Part shown: in pieces, positions 30,104 to 37,925 of the stretch | Layout: each line of letters opens with the position of its first letter | Position numbering within the stretch: position 1 is the first letter of the stretch | The notes under the pieces: generated by a model | What the model saw: only the letters and a program-made list of their open reading frames with translations | What the model was told of the DNA's origin: nothing | The model's database searches: none | From: Bacteroidales bacterium | GTDB taxonomy: Bacteria; Bacteroidota; Bacteroidia; Bacteroidales; PUMT01 | Length of the DNA stretch: 64,000 nt | Assembly: GCA_046483315.1 (NCBI GenBank) | Contig: JAWODJ010000082.1 | Location: forward strand, 8,191-72,190 | Direction of reading: 5' to 3' | Made by a program: the position numbers and the translations under genes

Positions 30104-33100
30104 ATGAAAAATCCGGTATCCAGATCTCTGGAGGTCTTATTTCTTATCATTCTGGCTTTTGTATTAACTACTTGCGAAGAACTGGAAAGGGAGATGTTTG
30201 TTGTTACAGGCGAAGCCAACAATATTTCAACCATATCGGCAGATGTATCCGGCCAGGTCATTGATATGGGATCGGGAGCTACTCAGCACGGCCACTGTTA
30301 CGGTGAATCACCCAATGTAAAGGTTTCAGGACTTAAAACTTCATTGGGTATTCCTTCAGGCACCGGTGGTTTTACAAGCCAGCTTACCGGGTTGGATCAC
30401 GGCACACAATACTATGTAAAAGCTTACATGAGTAAAGGTGATATTACAGTTTATGGCAAGGAGATAAGCTTCACAACAGTCGCAGCCTCGGTTCCCACAG
30501 TTACAACTGCAGCAATAACCGGCACCACTGAAAGTACTGCCGCTGGTGGCGGCAATGTAACTGATGATGGGGGAACAGAAGTGACTGCCCGTGGTGTGGT
30601 TTGGAGCACTTCAGAGGATCCTGGACTTGAAGAGGACAGGCATGAGGGTTACACCGAAGATGGGGAAGGGGAAGGTGAGTTCACCAGCAACATCACCGGT
30701 CTTGATCCGTCAACAACCTACTATGTGAGGGCATATGCCACAAACAGTGTCGGCACAGCCTATGGAAGCCAGGTGAATTTTACCACAAGTGAGGGGCAGG
30801 TTGCGGGATTGCCAACCGTAATTACAAGTACGGCAACAGGAATTACACCGACATCTGCTATTGTTGGTGGAGAGGTAACTGACACCGGAGATTCAGATGT
30901 TACCGAAAGCGGTGTTTACTGGGGTGAATCAAATGATGTTGAGGAAAACGGTATTAAAAGAGCCATTGCAGATGGTCCGGGAACTTTTTCAACAACAATA
31001 TCAGGTCTTACTCCCGGAACAACATATTATTTTAAGGCGTATGCAATTAACGGTGAAGGTACGGCTTATGGTGATCTGGAAAGTATTGTAACCCCGACGG
31101 TTAATGACTATACTGTTTCAGGAGATGGTGTTGTTGATATTGACGGTAATGAATATGCCACGGTTATTATAGGGCAGCAGGAGTGGATGGCAGAAAACCT
31201 GCGTGTAACCAACTACGCTGATGGCAGTCCGGTAAGTACTGGCTTGAGTGGTACTGAATGGAACAATACAACAGAAGGAGCTTATGCAATTTATCCCTAT
31301 GGTGAAATAGATGGGCTTTATTCGACCGGGGAAGTGTTATCGGCATATGGTGCATTATATAACTGGTATGCCGTTGACGATCCAGGCAAACTTTGTCCTG
31401 CCGGATGGCGTGTACCAGCCGATGATGACTGGACTGAACTCACAGATTTTATAATTAACAATTATGCTGAAATAACTGGAGATAATGCAGGCAACTACCT
31501 GAAATCATGCCGCAGTGCCAATTCACCCCTTGGAGGTGATTGCGTAACTTCCGAACACCCGTTATGGCCATGGGATGATGAAACCACACAATATGGCACT
31601 GACAATTTTGGTTTTGCTGCCTATCCGGGAGGTTACCGCTCCACCGACGGAGGTTTTTATGATTTCGGCGGTTACGGTTTCTGGTGGAGCTCTTCGGAAT
31701 ATCAGACCTCCTATGCTACATCGAGGATAATGTATTTTGACAGGGGAGTGATTGGTGTTTCAAATGATGATAAGGAATACGGCTATTCGGTACGTTGTAT
31801 TAAGGATGATGCTGTTCAGGACGCATTGTCGACTCTAACTACTGCCGGAGTTACCGAAATCACCGCTACCACGGCCATTTCGGGCGGGAATATCACTTCT
31901 GACGGAGGGACGGCGATCACTGCCCGTGGTGTAGTCTGGGCAACAGATGAGAATCCCACCATGGAAACAAATATTGGTTCTACAGATGATGGCACAGGTA
32001 CCGGCACCTTCACCAGCGAGATCACTGGCCTTGTTCCAGGCACTCACTATTATGTCAGGGCTTATGCCACCAACAGCGTGGGAACCTCATATGGCGGGCA
32101 GGTTGAATTTACAACAGAGGCTGTCATTGCCTCCCTCACCACCGCCGAGATCACGAACATTACCTCCTCAACCGCCACGGCGGGAGGCGAGGTTACCGAT
32201 GATGGCGGTTCAGAAGTAACTGAAAGGGGCGTTGTATGGAGCATAACGGAGAACCCGACAACTGACCCGGCAGATCATGACGGCATGAAAGCCGCTAGCG
32301 AGGGAGGAACAGGGGTCTTTACTGTTGACCTCACAGGCCTCGATCCAGACACTCACTATTATGTCAGGGCTTATGCCACCAACAGCGTGGGAACCTCATA
32401 TGGCGGGCAGGTTGAATTTACAACAGAGGCTGTCATTGCCACGGTCACCACCGCCGAGATCACGAACATCACCTCCTCAACCGCCACGGCAGGAGGCGAG
32501 GTTACCGATGATGGCGGTTCAGAAGTAACCGAAAGGGGCGTTGTATGGAGCATGACGGAGAACCCGACAACTGACCCGGCAGATCATGACGGCATGATAG
32601 TCGCTAGCGAGGGAGGAACAGGGGTCTTTACTGTTGACCTCACAGGCCTTGTTCCAGGCACCCACTATTATGTCAGGGCTTATGCCACCAACAGTGAGGG
32701 AACCGCATATGGCGGGCAGGTTGAATTTACAACAGAGGCTGTCATTGCCACGGTCACCACCGCCGAGATCACGAACATCACCTCCTCAACCGCCACGGCA
32801 GGAGGCGAGGTTACCGATGATGGCGGTCCTGCAGTAACCGAAAGGGGCGTTGTATGGAGCATAACGGAGAACCCGACAACTGACCCGGCAGAGCATGATG
32901 GTATAGAAACCGATATCGAAGGTGGAATTGGTGTCTTTACTATTGACCTCACCGGCCTCGATCCAGACACTCACTATTATGTCAGGGCTTATGCCACCAA
33001 CAGCGTGGGAACCGCATATGGCGATCAGGTGGAGTTTTACACTCAGTTTGCTTGCGGTGATAATGTAACATTTACCTATCGGGGCGCAACAGTTACTTAT

Positions 33101-33676
33101 GGGACAGTTGAAAATACAGTAACAGGCAAGTGCTGGATGGACCGTAACCTGGGAGCTTCGAGAGTCGCCACATCATTCAATGACAGTGAGGCCTATGGTG
33201 ACCTGTTCCAGTGGGGCAGGCTGGATGACGGGCATCAGGACAGGACATCGGGCACAACATCTACCCGCAGCGATAGCAATACTCCGGGGCATGGGAATTT
33301 TATCTTAGCTCCGGACAGCCCTTATGACTGGCGCGATCCGCAGAATGATAACCTGTGGCAGGGAGACGGAGGAATCAATGATGTATGCCCTGCAGGATGG
33401 CGCTTACCAACCGAGAGCGAATTGAATGCCGAGCTTGCAAGCTGGGGCAGCAACAACAGCACCGGGGCCTTTGGTTCCCCACTTAAATTAGCTGTAGCGG
33501 GACGTCGCAGTGGCAGCAATGGTTCTTTCAACAATGTGGATTTCCAAGGCACTTGCTGGTCAAGTACCATAGATGGCATCGCCTCGCGATACCTGTATTT
33601 CGATAGCAGCGCTGCCAGCATGGACAGCAGCGGCCGTGCGAGCGGGCGCTCGATCCGTTGCCTTAAGGGTGATTGA
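30104..33676 (+). CDS. Large surface lipoprotein: Fn3-like repeats plus two FISUMP (Fib_succ_major)/CLec-like domains; candidate DGR target
   Basis: Lipobox LTTC followed by acidic EELERE; repeated GL.PGT.YYVRAYATN..GT.YG; DIDGNEYATVIIGQQEWMAENLR..GALYNW..LCPAGWRVP..SVRCIKD; C-terminal WMDRNLGA..YGDLFQWGR..CPAGWRLPT..SIRCLKGD. Confidence 0.9.
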   Translation: MKNPVSRSLEVLFLIILAFVLTTCEELEREMFVVTGEANNISTISADVSGQVIDMGSGATQHGHCYGESPNVKVSGLKTSLGIPSGTGGFTSQLTGLDHGTQYYVKAYMSKGDITVYGKEISFTTVAASVPTVTTAAITGTTESTAAGGGNVTDDGGTEVTARGVVWSTSEDPGLEEDRHEGYTEDGEGEGEFTSNITGLDPSTTYYVRAYATNSVGTAYGSQVNFTTSEGQVAGLPTVITSTATGITPTSAIVGGEVTDTGDSDVTESGVYWGESNDVEENGIKRAIADGPGTFSTTISGLTPGTTYYFKAYAINGEGTAYGDLESIVTPTVNDYTVSGDGVVDIDGNEYATVIIGQQEWMAENLRVTNYADGSPVSTGLSGTEWNNTTEGAYAIYPYGEIDGLYSTGEVLSAYGALYNWYAVDDPGKLCPAGWRVPADDDWTELTDFIINNYAEITGDNAGNYLKSCRSANSPLGGDCVTSEHPLWPWDDETTQYGTDNFGFAAYPGGYRSTDGGFYDFGGYGFWWSSSEYQTSYATSRIMYFDRGVIGVSNDDKEYGYSVRCIKDDAVQDALSTLTTAGVTEITATTAISGGNITSDGGTAITARGVVWATDENPTMETNIGSTDDGTGTGTFTSEITGLVPGTHYYVRAYATNSVGTSYGGQVEFTTEAVIASLTTAEITNITSSTATAGGEVTDDGGSEVTERGVVWSITENPTTDPADHDGMKAASEGGTGVFTVDLTGLDPDTHYYVRAYATNSVGTSYGGQVEFTTEAVIATVTTAEITNITSSTATAGGEVTDDGGSEVTERGVVWSMTENPTTDPADHDGMIVASEGGTGVFTVDLTGLVPGTHYYVRAYATNSEGTAYGGQVEFTTEAVIATVTTAEITNITSSTATAGGEVTDDGGPAVTERGVVWSITENPTTDPAEHDGIETDIEGGIGVFTIDLTGLDPDTHYYVRAYATNSVGTAYGDQVEFYTQFACGDNVTFTYRGATVTYGTVENTVTGKCWMDRNLGASRVATSFNDSEAYGDLFQWGRLDDGHQDRTSGTTSTRSDSNTPGHGNFILAPDSPYDWRDPQNDNLWQGDGGINDVCPAGWRLPTESELNAELASWGSNNSTGAFGSPLKLAVAGRRSGSNGSFNNVDFQGTCWSSTIDGIASRYLYFDSSAASMDSSGRASGRSIRCLKGD
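32027..33037 (+). repeat. Intragenic tandem repeat, 309-bp period (103 aa), about 3.3 near-identical copies
   Basis: cac(t/c)cactattatgtcagggcttatgccaccaacag recurs at 32041, 32350, 32659 and 32968. Confidence 0.95.
33503..33676 (+). other. Putative DGR variable region (VR)
   Basis: Last 57 sense codons of the CLec-like domain. By my manual count 44/57 end in C/T and 9/13 Ser codons are AGY, as expected for codons derived from AAY template codons; invariant scaffold WSST...RCLK. Confidence 0.6.
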
Positions 33677-33710
33677 CACTTTGATTAAGCCTGTGAAATA
33701 AGGAAAAGCC

Positions 33711-33725
33711 TTCCGCGAAGCGGGA
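33711..33725 (+). promoter_or_regulatory. DNA hairpin CCGC-GAA-GCGG downstream of the putative VR (candidate DGR target-recognition element)
   Basis: ttccgcgaagcggga begins 35 nt after the stop; contains the GCGAAGC mini-hairpin with a GAA triloop. Confidence 0.55.
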
Positions 33726-33742
33726 TCGGAAATTTTTTAAAA

Positions 33743-33844
33743 TTGACAATAAGGGAAAAAATAACACTGAGCAAACAGGAAGACCGTTTCACGCTTTACC
33801 GTGAGGGGATGTTTATTAAGTGCTATAATTCAGACTATTTTTAA
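33743..33844 (+). pseudogene. 33-codon relic resembling the N-terminus of a MutS-domain-I-like protein (DGR accessory type)
   Basis: Manual translation from TTG: (M)TIREKITLSKQEDRFTLYREGMFIKCYNSDYF*. LYREGMFIKCYNSD parallels the MutS-I pattern L(F/Y)xxGxFY..(F/Y)xxDA. Confidence 0.45.
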
Positions 33845-33889
33845 TTTTTCCCCGTTTTTTGTAAATTCGTTGTTAAGAAATAAGATATT

Positions 33890-34552
33890 ATGCCAGGAAA
33901 AAAGAATACAAGGGAAACCGGCAAGTTGGAGGAACCATTGTCGGCTTATGGCGATGGGCCTTTGACCTTTGAGAAGGTTTGGCTGATGTTTCAGGAAACT
34001 GATAAACAGTTTAAGGAAACCGACCGGCAGATCAAGGAGACCGACAGGACGTTGTCCGAGAAGTTTAGGGAGACCGATAAGGCTTTATCTGAGAGGTTCA
34101 GGGAAACCGACAAAAAGATCAAGGATCTGTCTGATCTGTTCAATAGCCAGTGGGGCAGGCTGGTGGAATCTCTTGTTGAAGGAGCTGTGATAAGGATCTT
34201 CAGGGAAGCGGGAATCGAAGTTTATTATACTAGCGAGAGGGTAAAGGGCAATGCCGGCAGGGAAAATTTTGAATTTGACATTGTGGCAAATAATGCCAAA
34301 GACCTGGTGGTAATAGAGGTAAAGACCACCCTGCGGCCGGCAGACGTAAAGACATTTCTTGCAAAACTGAAAAAGATAAAAACCTGGATCCCGGCTTACA
34401 GGGATCGCCATATCCGTGGCAGCGTGGCTTTCCTGACAGCGCAAGCTGGTTCTGAAATACAGGCGCAGAGTGCCGGGTTATACACGATAAAGGCCACGGG
34501 CGACAGCGCTTACCTTCTGAACCCTCCCGGTTTTGAGCCGCGGATTTTCTGA
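33890..34552 (+). CDS. Coiled-coil repeat protein with a C-terminal PD-(D/E)XK nuclease-like domain (DUF3782-like)
   Basis: Five ETD(K/R) repeats, WGRLVE, EFDIVA..VVIEVK. Confidence 0.75.
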   Translation: MPGKKNTRETGKLEEPLSAYGDGPLTFEKVWLMFQETDKQFKETDRQIKETDRTLSEKFRETDKALSERFRETDKKIKDLSDLFNSQWGRLVESLVEGAVIRIFREAGIEVYYTSERVKGNAGRENFEFDIVANNAKDLVVIEVKTTLRPADVKTFLAKLKKIKTWIPAYRDRHIRGSVAFLTAQAGSEIQAQSAGLYTIKATGDSAYLLNPPGFEPRIF

Positions 34553-34592
34553 CCGGAAAAACCGGTTTCCCGGCAAAATATGGCTATTGTTG

Positions 34593-35171
34593 CTATCTGA
34601 AGAGTTTCTTGCCAACCTTGTACGCATCGCCGGTTTTTTTGCCTATCTGGCGGTATTCGCGGGCGCCGCCGATATATATAAGCGGGTTGACGGCCTCTAT
34701 GTCAAAGGAGGTATAGTCGCTGCTGTCATTTAATTTATCGTTGTCTATATGCGTTTCTACTATCCTGCCTGCAAAATGGTTGGTTGACCCGAATATGCGT
34801 GATTCGGTAAGGACGCATTCGAGATTTAAAGGGCACTCTTTTATTATAGGTGGCTTAACAACCTTTGAATTCATCTTTGTAAGCCCGGTTTCAGCAAATT
34901 TATCTACTTCACTGCCAGAAGTTATCCCGCAGAAGTCCGCCTCCACCATAATATCAACCGAAGCAATGTTGACGGTGAACTCACCGTTCTTTTTGATCTC
35001 GTTTCCTGAAAAGCCCCTGGTACCGACTGATACGCCGATAGTGGGAGGCGAACTGGTGAGCAGGCTTATCCATGCTATGGTCACTATATTTGCCTTTTCC
35101 ATTGTTCCTGTGACGACAAGCCCGGTAGGGCAGGGGAACATCAGTTTTTGCGGTCCGAATGTGGTTTTCAT
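34593..35171 (-). CDS. Flavin reductase / flavoredoxin family protein
   Basis: PCPTGLVVT, NIVTIAW, GEFTVNI, DFCGITSG..VDKF, IKECPLNLEC. Confidence 0.88.
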   Translation of the reverse strand: MKTTFGPQKLMFPCPTGLVVTGTMEKANIVTIAWISLLTSSPPTIGVSVGTRGFSGNEIKKNGEFTVNIASVDIMVEADFCGITSGSEVDKFAETGLTKMNSKVVKPPIIKECPLNLECVLTESRIFGSTNHFAGRIVETHIDNDKLNDSSDYTSFDIEAVNPLIYIGGAREYRQIGKKTGDAYKVGKKLFR

Positions 35172-35257
35172 AATTATTGCAGTTTATATTAAGCTTTTAC
35201 AGGCAGCATCTGATTAGCAGTCCGCCGATTAAAACTATATTAATGGTCTTTTGCAAT

Positions 35258-37576
35258 TCAGTCAAAATAAACATCCTCGGTGACGATAACCGGGGCGCTC
35301 TTGTCTGCCACGGTGATAATAAATTCTCCTGCTTCGGTGACCCTGCGGTTTTCATGGTTTATAAATGAAAGATCCTCCAGCTCCAGCGTAAATTCAATGG
35401 TTTTACTTTCGCCGGGCTGCAGGTCGGTCTTTTCGAATGCCCTGAGGCGTCTTACATCGGGGGTGGTGGAGGCAATAAGCTGTGAACTGAACAGTTTTAC
35501 CACCTCTTTTACGGGCGGCCCATCAATGTGAGATATATCAACACTCACAACCAGCTGCTCACCACTGCCGAGGCTCTCCTTATCAACCGTGATTCCGGTA
35601 TACTCAACCGATGAATAGCTCATGCCGTAACCGAATTCAAACAACGGGTTAAAAGACCCGCTGTAATCATAAGCACCTGAGGGTGTAAGTGACACTTCTG
35701 AAGGTTTATGAATATAGCCGACCAGTGAGTTGGGATATTTTGGGTAGGTATAGGGAAGCCTGCCAGAAGGGTTAACCTTTCCATACAAGATATCAGCAAG
35801 GGCATCTGCACCATAGTTGCCGGGCAGGTAAATGTTGATGACAGCATCCATTTTATGGGCAAAGGAGGTAATCAGGCGCGGCCGTCCCTGGTTGAGGACA
35901 AGGATGACAGGCTTACCGGTTTCTGCTATGGCACGGGCAAGTTTTTCCTGCAGCGGCGAAATGGTAAGGTCGTTCAGGTCGCCGGGCTTCTCGGTGTATG
36001 AATTTTCGCCAAGGCACAGCAATATCACATCAGCCTGCCGGGCCTTTGCAACTGCCGCCTGAATGTCCACCTCTTCTTCTTCATAGTATCTTCCGTCTTC
36101 TATATATCTTGTACCCGGCTCATACAGGATATTGTTTTCACCGCCGGTTATTTTCACGGCATCCAGTATGGTATTGAAATCTTCCGTAAATTCAGGAGTC
36201 CTGTCGCCCTGCCAGCTGTAGGTCCATCCCCCGTTAAGGGAGCGCATGGAGTTGGCATTTGGTCCTGTAATCAGTATCCTGGTGTTTTCAGATAGCGGAA
36301 GCGTTTCGTTTTTATTGACAAGAAGAGTTATTGACTCTAATGCCGACTCATAGGCTTTCATTGCATGGGCCGGTCCCGCAAACAGAGGATAGTCTTCCGG
36401 GTCAACAACAGGATTATCGAACAGGCCCAGGGCTTTTTTTACCCGCAGGATCCGGTAAACTGCATCATCAATCCTCGACACCGGAACTTCCCCGTCGTTT
36501 ACGAGCCCTACAAGGTTCTCATGGAAACTTTTGTAATCGTAGGGTATCATGCTCATGTCAATACCGGCATTTATCGCTATTTTAACCGCCTCCCTTGATG
36601 ATCCGGCTATTTTATCCCTTGTATGAAGGTTCTCTATATCTGCCCAGTCGGTCACCACGAGTCCCTCAAAACCGAGTTCTTCCTTAAGAAGGCCTGTGAT
36701 GATCTCTCTGCTTGCATGTACTGAAATGTTGTTTACCAGCCCCGAGTTCAGCATAATGCTATGGGCACCGGCATCAATTGCAGCCCTGAAGGGAGGCAGG
36801 TGCTTATCTCTCAGCTCCATTTCCGGAAGATAGACAGGAGTGCGGTCTTTCCCGGAAAAGGGTAAACCATAACCATAAAAATGCTTGGGGCAGGAAGCGA
36901 GCCTGTAGGGATCAGATATATCATTGTCCTTGCCTTCGTAGCCATCAATCATCGCTACCCCCATTATTTCAGTGAGATAAGGGTCCTCGCCGAATGTTTC
37001 CCACTGCCTTGCCCACCTTGGGTCGGAGCCGAGATCGAGGACAGGGGAGAAGTTCCAGGGAATTCCTGCGGCACGTGTTTCGTACGCTGTTATTGCTGCT
37101 CCCTCTTCAACAAGTTCGGGGTTCCAGGTCGCTGCCATTCCGATCTGCTGGGGGAACATGGTTGCTTCGGCAATGTAGGTCGAGCCGTGGATGGCATCAA
37201 TACCATATATAACCGGTATGCCTGAACGTGTCTCTTCTGTGGCGACCTCCTGGATGGTGTTGATCAGCTCAATCCACAGCGAGCGGTTTTGTGCAATTGT
37301 ATTCGGGGTGTTCAGAATAGACCCTCCGCCATAAGTGACAAGATACTCCCTGAGAAGTTCCATGTCCAGCCTTACGGGTTCATAGCTTGAATAGATATTA
37401 TCTCCTTCGGTAACACCGTCGATTGTAATCTGCATCATCTGGCCCACTTTCTCTTCAATGGTCATATCAGACATGAGACTTACGATAAACGGATCTTTTT
37501 CAGCTTCCTGTCCGTTTGTACATGAGTTCATCAAGAGGGTTGTTGCTGCCAGGAGTATGATTAACAGGGTCTTCAT
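35258..37576 (-). CDS. GH3 beta-glucosidase/xylosidase lipoprotein
   Basis: Lipobox MNSC; EEKVGQM, GIDAIHG, ETFGEDP, CPKHF, nucleophile VTDW, NPSGRLP, FEFGYGMSY, Fn3-like C-terminus. Confidence 0.93.
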   Translation of the reverse strand: MKTLLIILLAATTLLMNSCTNGQEAEKDPFIVSLMSDMTIEEKVGQMMQITIDGVTEGDNIYSSYEPVRLDMELLREYLVTYGGGSILNTPNTIAQNRSLWIELINTIQEVATEETRSGIPVIYGIDAIHGSTYIAEATMFPQQIGMAATWNPELVEEGAAITAYETRAAGIPWNFSPVLDLGSDPRWARQWETFGEDPYLTEIMGVAMIDGYEGKDNDISDPYRLASCPKHFYGYGLPFSGKDRTPVYLPEMELRDKHLPPFRAAIDAGAHSIMLNSGLVNNISVHASREIITGLLKEELGFEGLVVTDWADIENLHTRDKIAGSSREAVKIAINAGIDMSMIPYDYKSFHENLVGLVNDGEVPVSRIDDAVYRILRVKKALGLFDNPVVDPEDYPLFAGPAHAMKAYESALESITLLVNKNETLPLSENTRILITGPNANSMRSLNGGWTYSWQGDRTPEFTEDFNTILDAVKITGGENNILYEPGTRYIEDGRYYEEEEVDIQAAVAKARQADVILLCLGENSYTEKPGDLNDLTISPLQEKLARAIAETGKPVILVLNQGRPRLITSFAHKMDAVINIYLPGNYGADALADILYGKVNPSGRLPYTYPKYPNSLVGYIHKPSEVSLTPSGAYDYSGSFNPLFEFGYGMSYSSVEYTGITVDKESLGSGEQLVVSVDISHIDGPPVKEVVKLFSSQLIASTTPDVRRLRAFEKTDLQPGESKTIEFTLELEDLSFINHENRRVTEAGEFIITVADKSAPVIVTEDVYFD

Positions 37577-37611
37577 AAATATTTTGTGTTTTATGGGTTA
37601 ATGTTGCATAG

Positions 37612-37619
37612 CAAATATA
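37612..37619 (-). promoter_or_regulatory. Bacteroidota -7 element (TATATTTG) for GH3
   Basis: Exact TAnnTTTG on the minus strand, about 35 nt upstream of 37576. Confidence 0.55.
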
Positions 37620-37705
37620 TTAAATTGTATCTATACTTCTGCCACGATGATCTGCCTGTTTTTAAGTTTGTTTTCACGAAATGGCTGATTACCGGAAATT
37701 TTAAT

Positions 37706-37713
37706 TATCTTTG
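37706..37713 (+). promoter_or_regulatory. Bacteroidota -7 element (TATCTTTG) for the DEAD-box helicase
   Basis: Exact TAnnTTTG followed by CA; implies a leader of about 200 nt. Confidence 0.55.
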
Positions 37714-37925
37714 CATCGCATTTAACAAAAAGATGTAGTTGAACTATCTTACCGGTTTTAGAATATCTCACACTATTTTATGATCGCACCTGAATTGATC
37801 CGGAACAAAAGCCGGAGTTAGCGTACTGATGTTTGGAACTGTATCTGGTTAGGAAATATTATTTACAGGTTAACCTGTCATCGTCGGTGAAGGAAGATCC
37901 GGGAAGGCCTAAAAAAAAATCTGTT

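Noticed and set aside
31947-32970. Repeated short alternative-frame ORFs (PPPRSRT.., MLHTTPLS..)
   Set aside because: By-products of the 309-bp repeat read in other frames.
32027-33037. Tandem repeats as a CRISPR array
   Set aside because: The 309-bp units are in-frame coding repeats with no unique spacers, and there are no cas genes.
28300-37800. A complete DGR cassette (RT, Avd, template repeat) in the window
   Set aside because: No ORF with RT motifs and no AAC-rich non-coding copy of the VR was found by eye; only target-side elements are supported.
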